A stretch of DNA of 64,000 bases from an uncultured virus (IMG/VR IMGVR_UViG_3300008255_000130) (lineage: Duplodnaviria > Heunggongvirae > Uroviricota > Caudoviricetes), in the IMG/VR virus record IMGVR_UViG_3300008255_000130. One strand, 5' to 3'. Position 1 is the stretch's first letter. Each line of letters starts with the position of its first letter. Below the pieces are notes generated by a model. The model worked only from the letters and a program-made list of their open reading frames with translations. It was not told where the DNA came from and did not search any database. A program made the position numbers and the translations under genes. Shown one piece after another: positions 50,373 to 59,441 of the stretch.

Positions 50373-51217
50373 AGATATCAGTAGCATTAGGTGGCGGTGG
50401 AACTAAAGCCGCATTTGGAGTTGGAGTTCTAAAATATTTACATGAACAAGGTCATGAAATCGAAGCAATCACTGGAACAAGTGCTGGTGCTTTAAATGGT
50501 ATTCTTATTTCTCTTGGAAAATTTAATGAACTATTATCTATTTGGGGAAATCCGAAATTGAAAGATATCTTTATGACACCGTGGACTTTTGGTATAGCAG
50601 AAGGTTTTTTCAAAAAAGGATTATATCAATTAGATGGTATTGAGAAATTAATAAGAACTCATGTCACAGAAAAAGAAGTATCTGAATCAAAAATCAATTT
50701 TGGTTGTGTCTATACTGATTATCACAAGAGTGAGAAAGTTACTTACTATTCAAAAAATTCTGATTATGAAACTCTTATAAAAAGTATTATGGCTTCTATG
50801 GCTCTTACGCCCGCTTATCCTCCAGTTCAAGTAAATGATAGACTTGGAATAGATGGTGGTTATACAGAAGGTGTCCCTGTGGAGAGTTTGATGCCTCTTG
50901 TAAAAGATTCTGAAAAGATTCTTGTAATTTTAGCCGATTATTCAGGCTCAGAACAACCTGATCCTTTTACTTCAAGTCCAAAAAATCTAATAGATGTTTT
51001 TTTGAGACAGTCAAGTATTTCTATAGATACTGTATTTGATTATAATGTTAAATACGGAAGATTGAAATATTGGGATCAAGATAATAAATTTATTGTAGTA
51101 AAACCTAATCAATATTTTGTAGAAAGTGCTTTGGATTTTAATTCAGCACATATAGCTCAAACTATTCAATATGGTTATTTGTATGCTTCAAGAAATTTGG
51201 AGAATCTAAATGGGTAA
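50369..51217 (+). CDS. patatin-like phospholipase
   Basis: LGGGGTK, GTSAG, DGG. Confidence 0.92.
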   Translation: MKISVALGGGGTKAAFGVGVLKYLHEQGHEIEAITGTSAGALNGILISLGKFNELLSIWGNPKLKDIFMTPWTFGIAEGFFKKGLYQLDGIEKLIRTHVTEKEVSESKINFGCVYTDYHKSEKVTYYSKNSDYETLIKSIMASMALTPAYPPVQVNDRLGIDGGYTEGVPVESLMPLVKDSEKILVILADYSGSEQPDPFTSSPKNLIDVFLRQSSISIDTVFDYNVKYGRLKYWDQDNKFIVVKPNQYFVESALDFNSAHIAQTIQYGYLYASRNLENLNG

Positions 51218-51374
51218 TTTTACAGAAGAAGAAAAACTAGGGTTAAGCTTATTGGGAATAATTACATTCCCATTTTTTCTCATAAAAGAAGCTTTATATT
51301 TTATAGGTATTTTGGAAAGACCTCAGTATGAATATGATTCTTCAAAAGATCCAAATTATAAAAAACCGGAGTAG
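51210..51374 (+). CDS. small membrane protein (54 aa, not in ORF track)
   Basis: GGAG RBS; LGLSLLGIITFPFFLIKEALYFIGIL. Confidence 0.55.
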   Translation: MGNFTEEEKLGLSLLGIITFPFFLIKEALYFIGILERPQYEYDSSKDPNYKKPE

Positions 51375-51406
51375 ACAAAAGGCTATCGTTGATAACCTTT
51401 TTAATT

Positions 51407-51625
51407 ATGAAATTTAAAAATATTAAAAAAGCTACTAAGTTCGCAGTTGAGAAATTCACTTTTCAAAAAGATAAATTTGATGATGAAGTCGCAAAAGAAA
51501 GATTAAAAGTTTGTGAATCTTGTGTTTATCTTTTAAAGCCAGCTTATGTATGTTCTCAATGTGGATGTCTTATGAAGTTAAAAGTAACTTGGAAAGAAGC
51601 TGAATGTCCCGCTGGAAAATGGTAG
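51407..51625 (+). CDS. small Cys-cluster protein (DUF6171-like), copy 2
   Basis: RLKVCESC...CSQCGC...K....CPAGKW. Confidence 0.75.
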   Translation: MKFKNIKKATKFAVEKFTFQKDKFDDEVAKERLKVCESCVYLLKPAYVCSQCGCLMKLKVTWKEAECPAGKW

Positions 51626-51656
51626 ATTTTATTCAAGTGCAATTCAAATATACTTT

Positions 51657-51860
51657 ATGGATAAATTCGATAAAGATTTATTAAAAAATATACTGGCGGG
51701 GCCTGAAAGAATTCAGGTTAGACTGGACTTATAAAAAAATATGAGATACGAAATATTAAATACTACATCTAAAACACAAGAAGAAAATAAAATTAAAAGT
51801 TCAATTCTTGCAAATATAAATGAGTTAATCGAAAAATTAGAGAATTGGAGTTCTGAGTGA
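51657..51860 (+). pseudogene. paralogue of 47161..47361 with in-frame TAA at 51732
   Basis: MDKFDK...RLDL*KNMRYEIL...LENW aligns with MDKSVD...RMTLYKQLREEIV...MEVW. Confidence 0.65.
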
Positions 51861-52558
51861 AAAGTTTAAAATACGATTTTTTTGGTGCAAATAGAAGCAA
51901 TGCACTTGTAATATTTAATAATTCGGCTTCAGAGTTAGAAGTTGGTAAAGTATTAATGTTGCAAGGATATGATGCTACTAACAATATACAAACAGCAACT
52001 CCAATAGATAATATCAAAAAGAAATCACCAATAGGGGTAGTTTTTAGAACTATACCTCCTTTTTCGATGGGAGAGATAATTAGAATAGGAATTTATTCTG
52101 GTCTCAACACTTCTCTTTCTGTAGTCAATGACCCCGTATATTTTGATAACATGGGAAATTTAACTCTTACAAAAGGTTCATCTGTTATTGGCTCTGTAGT
52201 AGATGTTGGCATTACTGGTAAAATATTTGTTAATATTGGTGGTGGTAGTGGTTCAAGTACTTTTCTTCAAAATGAAGAAGATGTTATAATGTTAAATGAT
52301 GATGTTATTCTTATTAGTGATTTATTTTTAGAAAACTTATCTGCTGAGTATAAAGTAAGAATGCAAGAATCTACCAATGCAGCTTCCATTATTTTGAAAG
52401 CTGGTATTGGCGGTGGTATAAATGGTTATATGTTTGGTGAAATTACAAATGTTTTTGATACACCAAATAAACTAAATATTGATTTTTTTAATGAAACAAT
52501 AAGAATACAGAATAAATTAGGCAGTACTATTGCAATTAATGTACTGAGAGTGGTATAA
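51857..52558 (+). CDS. virion structural protein
   Basis: PIGVV...GEIIRIG...LNTS....DPVYF...GNLT pattern common in phage virion proteins. Confidence 0.6.
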   Translation: MKSLKYDFFGANRSNALVIFNNSASELEVGKVLMLQGYDATNNIQTATPIDNIKKKSPIGVVFRTIPPFSMGEIIRIGIYSGLNTSLSVVNDPVYFDNMGNLTLTKGSSVIGSVVDVGITGKIFVNIGGGSGSSTFLQNEEDVIMLNDDVILISDLFLENLSAEYKVRMQESTNAASIILKAGIGGGINGYMFGEITNVFDTPNKLNIDFFNETIRIQNKLGSTIAINVLRVV

Positions 52559-53220
52559 TGGAAACAATTAAAGTAGATATACTACAAAGTAAAACAAGTG
52601 ATACTATTATTATAAAAAATAGATTAAAGTTAAAAGGTGGTGCAGATGGTATAATTCCATTGGGTGCAGTAATAGGAGTTGCTCCATTTTTTACCGGACC
52701 TAATAATACTGGAACAATATATGTTCCAAAGGGTATTCCTGCTAGTGGACAAATCTCTGCAAATGGTATGATGAGAGGGAATGGCGTAATTATTCCAGAA
52801 GGTGCTGATGTTGATCTTGTTGGTAAATACACTTGTGACCTTTCAGACGAAAGATTTCTCATGGGTGCTAGTGGAATATCAACTGATGTTATTTCTGTAG
52901 TTAATGGTGTGAACAATGGAGATAACACGGTATCTCTTACTGAAGAATATAATGGGCCTCACGATCATGGTGGTTCAACTGTTGGTAATGTTGATTTAGA
53001 TCACACCCACCCATACAATAAAAACGATGATATTGGCGATAACGCTTTAAGTGGTATTGGAGCAAGAATTGAACTCATAAGTGGCCCAATAGAAAGCGCA
53101 ACTGGATCTTCAGGCCCGTTGAATCACAATCACGATATAGCATATTCTGGTTCAGGTCTTCCAATAGACATTAAACCAAAATTCATGAAGGTTATTTATT
53201 TACAACAAGTGAGACTATAA
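52558..53220 (+). CDS. tail-collar / short-fibre (gp12-like) protein
   Basis: IIPLGAVI...DLSDERFLMG...PHDH, HTH, HNH...KPKFMKVIYL. Confidence 0.8.
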   Translation: METIKVDILQSKTSDTIIIKNRLKLKGGADGIIPLGAVIGVAPFFTGPNNTGTIYVPKGIPASGQISANGMMRGNGVIIPEGADVDLVGKYTCDLSDERFLMGASGISTDVISVVNGVNNGDNTVSLTEEYNGPHDHGGSTVGNVDLDHTHPYNKNDDIGDNALSGIGARIELISGPIESATGSSGPLNHNHDIAYSGSGLPIDIKPKFMKVIYLQQVRL

Positions 53221-53226
53221 TAATCT

Positions 53227-53514
53227 ATGACTTATAAATTCAAATATAAAAAACAAAATGATTTTTTTTGGAAGACAAAAAAAGTAAAAGCTCATATAAA
53301 AGAGCAAGCTGTAGATGATATAGTTGATCCTAAAACAAAACAGGTTCTTCAAAGGGACTTTAAATATATTGATGCAATGATATTAGAATTTGAAGACAAC
53401 ACTATAGAAAGAATACCAGAGTGGTCTAAATATCAAATGAAACTTGGTCTTGATTGGAAGATAGCTCAAAATAAACAAACTGAAGAAGAAACCGGAGTGG
53501 ATCCAAAAATTTAA
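53227..53514 (+). CDS. hypothetical protein
   Basis: 95-aa ORF after collar gene. Confidence 0.7.
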   Translation: MTYKFKYKKQNDFFWKTKKVKAHIKEQAVDDIVDPKTKQVLQRDFKYIDAMILEFEDNTIERIPEWSKYQMKLGLDWKIAQNKQTEEETGVDPKI

Positions 53515-53527
53515 GTATAATTTATTT

Positions 53528-54223
53528 ATGAAAAATAAATATACTTATATGAAGAATAAAATACATCAATTTTTATGGAAAATTTTAAAGAATTTTTTGA
53601 GTAAACCCAAACCTCTTCTTTCGCCTCTTGAAGACTTAGCTCCAATGATGCAAAAGAAAATAGATTTTGCAAACTATTTCGGTGGAGCAAAAGTTGTGTT
53701 TCTTGGAGATTCTAATGGCGAAAATATTTCTTCTGACGATTTGTCTATGTTTAAACCTGTTTCGATTAACTTATCGAAAGGTGGAACTAGAGCAGATGGT
53801 TGGCTGAAATTTTTTAAAACTCCGGCTGGTATTTTGATTTACAATCAAATCAAAAACAAAGAAGTGATTATCAATATTGGTGGAAATCACATATTGCAAG
53901 GAGCTATGGATGTTTGGGAAAGTAGTTTTGATGAACTATTTGCAATGTTTCCAAATGCATGGTACATCACAGTTCCACAAATTCACTCTAACTTATTAGA
54001 ACAATTTGGTCACGAAAAAAGTGCAAAACAAATCAATTCTGAATTGCACGTAATAAATGACAAGATCAAATCCAAAACAAATAAAGTGATTAATATTTAT
54101 CCTCTTACAACATTAGATGGTGAAACACCTATCTTCTTTGTACACGAAGATGTAGTACACTTTTCTAAAAAATACGATCAAAAAATTAGAATCCCTTTTA
54201 TAAAACAAATAGTAGGTATATGA
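53528..54223 (+). CDS. SGNH/GDSL hydrolase (start may be 53549)
   Basis: VFLGDSN, KGG, IGGN, DVVH blocks. Confidence 0.85.
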   Translation: MKNKYTYMKNKIHQFLWKILKNFLSKPKPLLSPLEDLAPMMQKKIDFANYFGGAKVVFLGDSNGENISSDDLSMFKPVSINLSKGGTRADGWLKFFKTPAGILIYNQIKNKEVIINIGGNHILQGAMDVWESSFDELFAMFPNAWYITVPQIHSNLLEQFGHEKSAKQINSELHVINDKIKSKTNKVINIYPLTTLDGETPIFFVHEDVVHFSKKYDQKIRIPFIKQIVGI

Positions 54224-54336
54224 GATATCTACTATTACTTATTTTGGCTTCCATGTTATATTTGTACGTGGAGGCTAAGGTGATAGACTATTATCTTGAG
54301 AACAATCCATGCTTTCAAAACATCCACGAAAAATAA
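54220..54336 (+). CDS. 38-aa signal-peptide-like ORF (not in ORF track)
   Basis: ATGA overlap; MRYLLLLILASMLYLYVEA. Confidence 0.4.
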   Translation: MRYLLLLILASMLYLYVEAKVIDYYLENNPCFQNIHEK

Positions 54337-55523
54337 CAGATTTATTAAAGCAGTATAATGAACAGTTCATAAAAAGTATGATGTTGAAAGTTATTTCAAT
54401 ATCATATTTTTCGGCTGCTTTTTTTACAGTAGTATTTAATGCATTTTATTTTTTTGTACCTGTTTTGAGTTCTATTACTAATTTAATGCTTGTATATACG
54501 ATTACTCTTGGCGTAGCGTATAAAATAAGTCTATCAAAAAGAATTAAATATAGTTATGATATTTCTTCTATTCTTCTTCTGGTTGCAGATGTTATATTTA
54601 TATTTTCTACATTTGTATTTACACCAACTGGTATGATGGGGATTTACAATCCATCTTATAATTTTATTTTTATGATGTTTATAGCTTTTACAATTTTTAC
54701 ACCAAATTTCTTATATGCTATTCTACATTCTCTATCTTATGCTACTTTGGCTTCTGTATTTTATGTATGGAATTTTAGCCAAAGTTCTTTATTTGTGATT
54801 GCACCGTTGGCTATTTCTACAGTGGTCACAGTACCTTTGTTTTATTACTTTACAGCTTGTCTTGTGTCTTATTATATTTGGTATAGAAACACTCATTACT
54901 CAAATATAAAAACTTATGTTCAAAATAATTTGATTACATCGGCCCATCAGAAATTAATTACAAACGATCAAATAGATATTGACAATTGGCATATACTTAC
55001 GGCTCTTATCAATATTGAAACAGACTTATATGGTGGAGATTTTATTACTCATAAAGTTAAAAGAGATACAATTGAATTAATTATAGGTGATGTTTTGGAT
55101 CATGGAGTAGATTCTGCCCAAATAGCTTTTGCTTTAATGAGTATCTTTCACTCAAAATTAGAAAGACATCCAGAAGAAACTATTCTGAATTGTCATGAAT
55201 TTCTTAGAACTATGGGAATAGATGAAGGAGGAATGGCTTATATTTCTCTGATTGAATTAGATAGAAAAACTAATAGATGTAGAATTTATGGCAACTCCGG
55301 AGTGTATCCTATTTTAATAAAGCTTCAGGATCATATAGAAATAATCACTAAAAATTCTGTTTATGGAGTAAATATAGATATAGAGAAAATAGAATTTATA
55401 GAAGTCTATCTCAAAAAGAGTGAAATGCTAGTAGTAAAAACTGATGGTTGGAACTCTGAATATGATGAGAAAGCTTCTATTATTATAGGATATAACGATG
55501 ATAGAAATATTTCTAGGGCTTGA
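54309..55523 (+). CDS. multi-TM PP2C/SpoIIE-family phosphatase (RsbU/SiaA-like)
   Basis: ~6 hydrophobic segments then GGDF, IGDVLDHGVDSA, KTDG. Confidence 0.85.
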   Translation: MLSKHPRKITDLLKQYNEQFIKSMMLKVISISYFSAAFFTVVFNAFYFFVPVLSSITNLMLVYTITLGVAYKISLSKRIKYSYDISSILLLVADVIFIFSTFVFTPTGMMGIYNPSYNFIFMMFIAFTIFTPNFLYAILHSLSYATLASVFYVWNFSQSSLFVIAPLAISTVVTVPLFYYFTACLVSYYIWYRNTHYSNIKTYVQNNLITSAHQKLITNDQIDIDNWHILTALINIETDLYGGDFITHKVKRDTIELIIGDVLDHGVDSAQIAFALMSIFHSKLERHPEETILNCHEFLRTMGIDEGGMAYISLIELDRKTNRCRIYGNSGVYPILIKLQDHIEIITKNSVYGVNIDIEKIEFIEVYLKKSEMLVVKTDGWNSEYDEKASIIIGYNDDRNISRA

Positions 55524-56112
55524 TAAAATACAACAATGGTTTTTAATTATATTCGGTACAATTATAATACTTAGTTGCGCCTCAGTTGTTTTATATTTAC
55601 TTTTTAAGGGTGGTATAAAAACAAAAAACTATGAGTTAAAAGGCATAGAAAAAGAAGCAGTTAAATTACCTGAATATCAAAAACAAAATATTTGGGAAAA
55701 AGATATTACTATTAAAGCCGAGAAGTTCCCCCACGATGATATAAAAATAGGTTCTATTGGATTTATAAAAGACATAGTTATATTCAAATTTTTTGGAACA
55801 TTCTGGAATTCTGCTGATCCTGAAACTAAAATATTATATGATAAGTTCGCAGAACAATTTGTACCGCCTATGTGGGTAGATATGCCCTATAGAAATCAGT
55901 TAGAAGCATTTTTATTTCTTGAAAATTCTAATATTCAATCTAAATTATTACCTATCATAAGAGAACAAGCAAAACTTTGGAAACATATATTTGTAATAGG
56001 TACTTGGGAACAAATACAAGGGCAAGAGTTGTCCATGCTTACAGCAGAAAGCAACGCTCCAGAAAACATCATAGTTATGACTTCGCCGCCTACTTCACTT
56101 GGAAGGTTATAA
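55498..56112 (+). CDS. TM-anchored protein, possible STAS/SiaC-like domain
   Basis: single TM; IFKFFGTF..., FLFLENSNIQSKLL..I..., IFVIG alpha/beta pattern; sits between phosphatase and kinase. Confidence 0.4.
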   Translation: MIEIFLGLDKIQQWFLIIFGTIIILSCASVVLYLLFKGGIKTKNYELKGIEKEAVKLPEYQKQNIWEKDITIKAEKFPHDDIKIGSIGFIKDIVIFKFFGTFWNSADPETKILYDKFAEQFVPPMWVDMPYRNQLEAFLFLENSNIQSKLLPIIREQAKLWKHIFVIGTWEQIQGQELSMLTAESNAPENIIVMTSPPTSLGRL

Positions 56113-56121
56113 AAAATAATA

Positions 56122-56532
56122 ATGAGAAAAGTAGAAGTTTATAAAGTAGAAGAACTTAGGGATTTATACAAAATTCAACTTTCTTTACAACAAAAGAATT
56201 TGAATTCTAAAATAAAATGGGCTCTTCAAGAGCTTGCAAATAATGTTATAGAATATGAAGAGAAAGCTAAAATTCTTTTGAATAAAAATTCAATAATTGT
56301 TTCTATAGCATTAGATTCAATTACAGAAGATTCTATAAAAATTATTAGAGCTTCAATAGATGAGATTAAAAAAAATAAAGGTAATTTTATAAAAAACAAA
56401 TCTAAAAACAATTATAACTATGGCGGATATGGCTTACGATCTATATTTAAAATGGGTTTTTCTTTTAGAATGTTTAAAACAGAAGAAAGCGTACTACTAA
56501 TTTGTAGATTAAAAGGAGATTATAATGTTTAA
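56122..56532 (+). CDS. GHKL-type anti-sigma/SiaB-like kinase
   Basis: N-box ALQELANNVIEY; G-box GGYGLRSI; 136 aa. Confidence 0.65.
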   Translation: MRKVEVYKVEELRDLYKIQLSLQQKNLNSKIKWALQELANNVIEYEEKAKILLNKNSIIVSIALDSITEDSIKIIRASIDEIKKNKGNFIKNKSKNNYNYGGYGLRSIFKMGFSFRMFKTEESVLLICRLKGDYNV

Positions 56533-56890
56533 AAGATTTTGGAAATTTATAGTAACAGATGATAGAACTGGTAAGCCAAGTAAAACTGCATTTATACAAT
56601 TCAGTACATTTATGATAATTACAGCATTTGTTCTTTTTGTGACCACATTGGTTACTTTGGACGTCTTTGGAATTGTAGATGCTGTTTCAGATGCATCATT
56701 TAAAATGATTGAAGAAGTATTCAAATATATGTTTGAGATATTTATTGTGACTACTGCTGGATATAATACTAATAGATTTATTAAAGCAAAATGGGGTTCA
56801 ATAGAAGCCAAGCCTATAAAGAATCCAAAAGGCGACGAAGACGAAGACGAAGACGAAGACGAAGAAGATCATGAGAGAGTTGAGATATGA
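56525..56890 (+). CDS. putative holin (2 TM, acidic tail)
   Basis: AAGGAG RBS; D..TGKPSKT then two hydrophobic helices; directly before hydrolase. Confidence 0.6.
   Translation: MFKRFWKFIVTDDRTGKPSKTAFIQFSTFMIITAFVLFVTTLVTLDVFGIVDAVSDASFKMIEEVFKYMFEIFIVTTAGYNTNRFIKAKWGSIEAKPIKNPKGDEDEDEDEDEEDHERVEI
56834..56863 (+). repeat. (GACGAA)5 tandem repeat encoding (DE)5
   Basis: seen directly. Confidence 0.9.
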
Positions 56891-57561
56891 AAAGTTATAT
56901 TTTAAAAGACCATCAATACGAATTTCAACAAGATAATTACAATCCAGACGGTACCAGTAATATGGTTGCCTCTAAAGAATGGGGAAGATTCAATCAATGT
57001 TTTATCTCTAGTTCCGTAATGTCTCTTAGACAATGTTTTATTAGAGTGAGAGAGAAAGGTATTCTACAAGAAAAGGGTACAGAAGGTATTTTTTTTGATG
57101 AGATAGCGTATTTGGCTATTCTCTTGAGTAAAGTTAATAAAGATGGTGATGCTTGGAAAAACAATGATGGTAGATATTGGTGGGAAAATCACTGTAATCT
57201 ATTGAATGAATTAACAGATCAATTTTTCAAAGGTGAATTACCAGGAAAATGGGTTTGGCATAAACAATCTCTTGATATGATAATCAAAGTTTTAAAATCC
57301 AATTATCAGCCTATCGTTGGTATTTATATTGGAGATTATTACAGAGGTGGTAAAGGACACGTTACTGCAGTTGTTGGTTGGAAAGAAGATGAGAAAGGAA
57401 ATATTCTTGGATTGTACTTTAATGATCCAGCTGGAAATTTAATATCGAAGAAGTCTTATAAAAATGCTGGAGCTCTTGACGGAAAAGAAGTATATTATTC
57501 TAAAGAAGTATTGAATAAAACAATGAAGTCTGGACAGATGATGTATTTTAAAGAAAATTAA
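56887..57561 (+). CDS. C39-like papain-fold peptidase, candidate endolysin
   Basis: NQCFISS, GHVTAVVGW, FNDPAG (C-H-D triad). Confidence 0.75.
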   Translation: MKSYILKDHQYEFQQDNYNPDGTSNMVASKEWGRFNQCFISSSVMSLRQCFIRVREKGILQEKGTEGIFFDEIAYLAILLSKVNKDGDAWKNNDGRYWWENHCNLLNELTDQFFKGELPGKWVWHKQSLDMIIKVLKSNYQPIVGIYIGDYYRGGKGHVTAVVGWKEDEKGNILGLYFNDPAGNLISKKSYKNAGALDGKEVYYSKEVLNKTMKSGQMMYFKEN

Positions 57562-57563
57562 AA

Positions 57564-58328
57564 ATGAAAAAAACTTATAACATATTAGACTCGTTTGAAA
57601 GTGAGCTGGAAGATATTCTAGATGATGAGGAGGAAACGCCAACAGAAGTTCCTACGCCCACTGAGAGTGATACTGTCGATGTGTTAGAGATACCTAAATA
57701 TTCTGATTCTAATTTTGATTTACAACCTACACCTCCGGCAGATCATTATGAAGTTCCTGCGAAAGATACTACACAAAAGATTCCACATTTTGCTAAATCA
57801 GTACAATTATATAGAAGATTTAAAAAACTTGTATCTAATCTTGTATCAAAAAATTATGATAGATTGCTTGAAGTAATACAAGAAACAGAAAATAGATTAC
57901 AAGAACAAATAAATAAAAAAGGAAATTCTAATTATAAAACACAACCACTTATTGGTGGTATAGTTGGAAGCCCCAATCTAAATAAAGGTGATATAGAAAC
58001 AATTCATAGAGTTGGTCATATGTTATTTAGAGAAGTAAGAGTCAATAAAAATGAAACTGTTATGGTTGACTTTATTGATTATAATAATCAATTCAATAAG
58101 ATGGCTTGGGATTTAGTTATTACTAATATGACAGGTATGGCTTTATTGGGATTTACAGTTACAGCTTACTTTGCAGATGAAGAAGTATTTTATTCAGTGT
58201 CGAATGTTACAGATAATGATAATTTAGATTATGAAATATCTGTTGTGAAACAAAACATAAATATGAATCTTTATTTCACAAATAATTCAAACACTTACTT
58301 AAATATAATATATAGAAGAGTTTACTAG
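57564..58328 (+). CDS. hypothetical protein, probably virion
   Basis: acidic N-terminus, beta-rich C-terminal domain. Confidence 0.65.
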   Translation: MKKTYNILDSFESELEDILDDEEETPTEVPTPTESDTVDVLEIPKYSDSNFDLQPTPPADHYEVPAKDTTQKIPHFAKSVQLYRRFKKLVSNLVSKNYDRLLEVIQETENRLQEQINKKGNSNYKTQPLIGGIVGSPNLNKGDIETIHRVGHMLFREVRVNKNETVMVDFIDYNNQFNKMAWDLVITNMTGMALLGFTVTAYFADEEVFYSVSNVTDNDNLDYEISVVKQNINMNLYFTNNSNTYLNIIYRRVY

Positions 58329-58337
58329 GAGAAATAG

Positions 58338-59441
58338 ATGTTACAGAATTTTGGAGCCTTAAAAGGTATAACGATTAACAAAGCGAATGGGAGTGCTAAA
58401 GTTTATATTGAAAACTTTGGAAACGTAGCGCCAGGTGGCGGATTTGGAAATAATAATGACTATGCAATAGATTTAGTTACAAACGAAATATGGCTAAAAA
58501 CAGCAGGGACTTGGGCTAAGACCGGGATTTCAAATAGAGTAGATGCTCTAGAATCCGGTCTTAGATGGTTGCCAGGTGTAAGAGTATATTCTGGTACATT
58601 GACAGAAGCCAATTTGCTTTCTTCTGGTGCTACTATCTCTTCTTTTGAAGGTGGTGCATCATTTACATTTACTTCTGGTCAAAGAGTAGCACTTGGTGCT
58701 ACTGGAAAAATTTATGAATTTGATGGTACAGTTTGGGCCGAATGGCAACCTCAAAATAATTTAAGAACTGGTGATACTTTTATAACTCAAAACTATTTAC
58801 CAGATATTGATACTAGAGAGAAAGGTTTGGCTATTGTTCAATACAACGGTACGGCTTTTATTAAACTTAGTGATATAGATTTTGAAACAGCTGATTCTAT
58901 TTCTTTTTCAAACTATGTAGTTTCTGGAGTTCCGACTTCAGCCGCTTATCCTGTAAGTACTGATTCTATTGAAGGTGCTATTTTAAAATTTCATAGAATT
59001 ATGCTTAACTTTGAAGCTCAATTTGGTATTCCTTTTAATACTGCAAATATTGGTGCAATGAGTGGAGCTACTATTACAAGTAATACAACAGTCAAAGATG
59101 CTTTACAAGAAATTGTAAACAAAACAAGATTTGAAAACAATCTTAGTAATATAACTACTTCAACAGTTTTAGATACTATTGCTGTTGCACAAGCAAAATC
59201 TGTGCAATGGGAAGTTCAAGTTATTGTAGCCGCTGATCCAACTAGAACCTATTCACTTGTTATCAATGCATTAACCAACGGTACTACAGCAGATTGGAGT
59301 GAAAGTAATATTAGAGAGATAGGAACTATCATAAATGGTTTAGCGTTCTCTGTAGATGTAGTAGCAACTAATCTTAGATTGTTGGCATCATCTTCAGAAG
59401 CAGTAAATATTACAGCTACTAGAAGAATTATTGGTAAGTAA
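58338..59441 (+). CDS. virion structural/fibre protein
   Basis: AGGAG RBS; AP..G..NDY.ID.....W.K..G.W module. Confidence 0.65.
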   Translation: MLQNFGALKGITINKANGSAKVYIENFGNVAPGGGFGNNNDYAIDLVTNEIWLKTAGTWAKTGISNRVDALESGLRWLPGVRVYSGTLTEANLLSSGATISSFEGGASFTFTSGQRVALGATGKIYEFDGTVWAEWQPQNNLRTGDTFITQNYLPDIDTREKGLAIVQYNGTAFIKLSDIDFETADSISFSNYVVSGVPTSAAYPVSTDSIEGAILKFHRIMLNFEAQFGIPFNTANIGAMSGATITSNTTVKDALQEIVNKTRFENNLSNITTSTVLDTIAVAQAKSVQWEVQVIVAADPTRTYSLVINALTNGTTADWSESNIREIGTIINGLAFSVDVVATNLRLLASSSEAVNITATRRIIGK

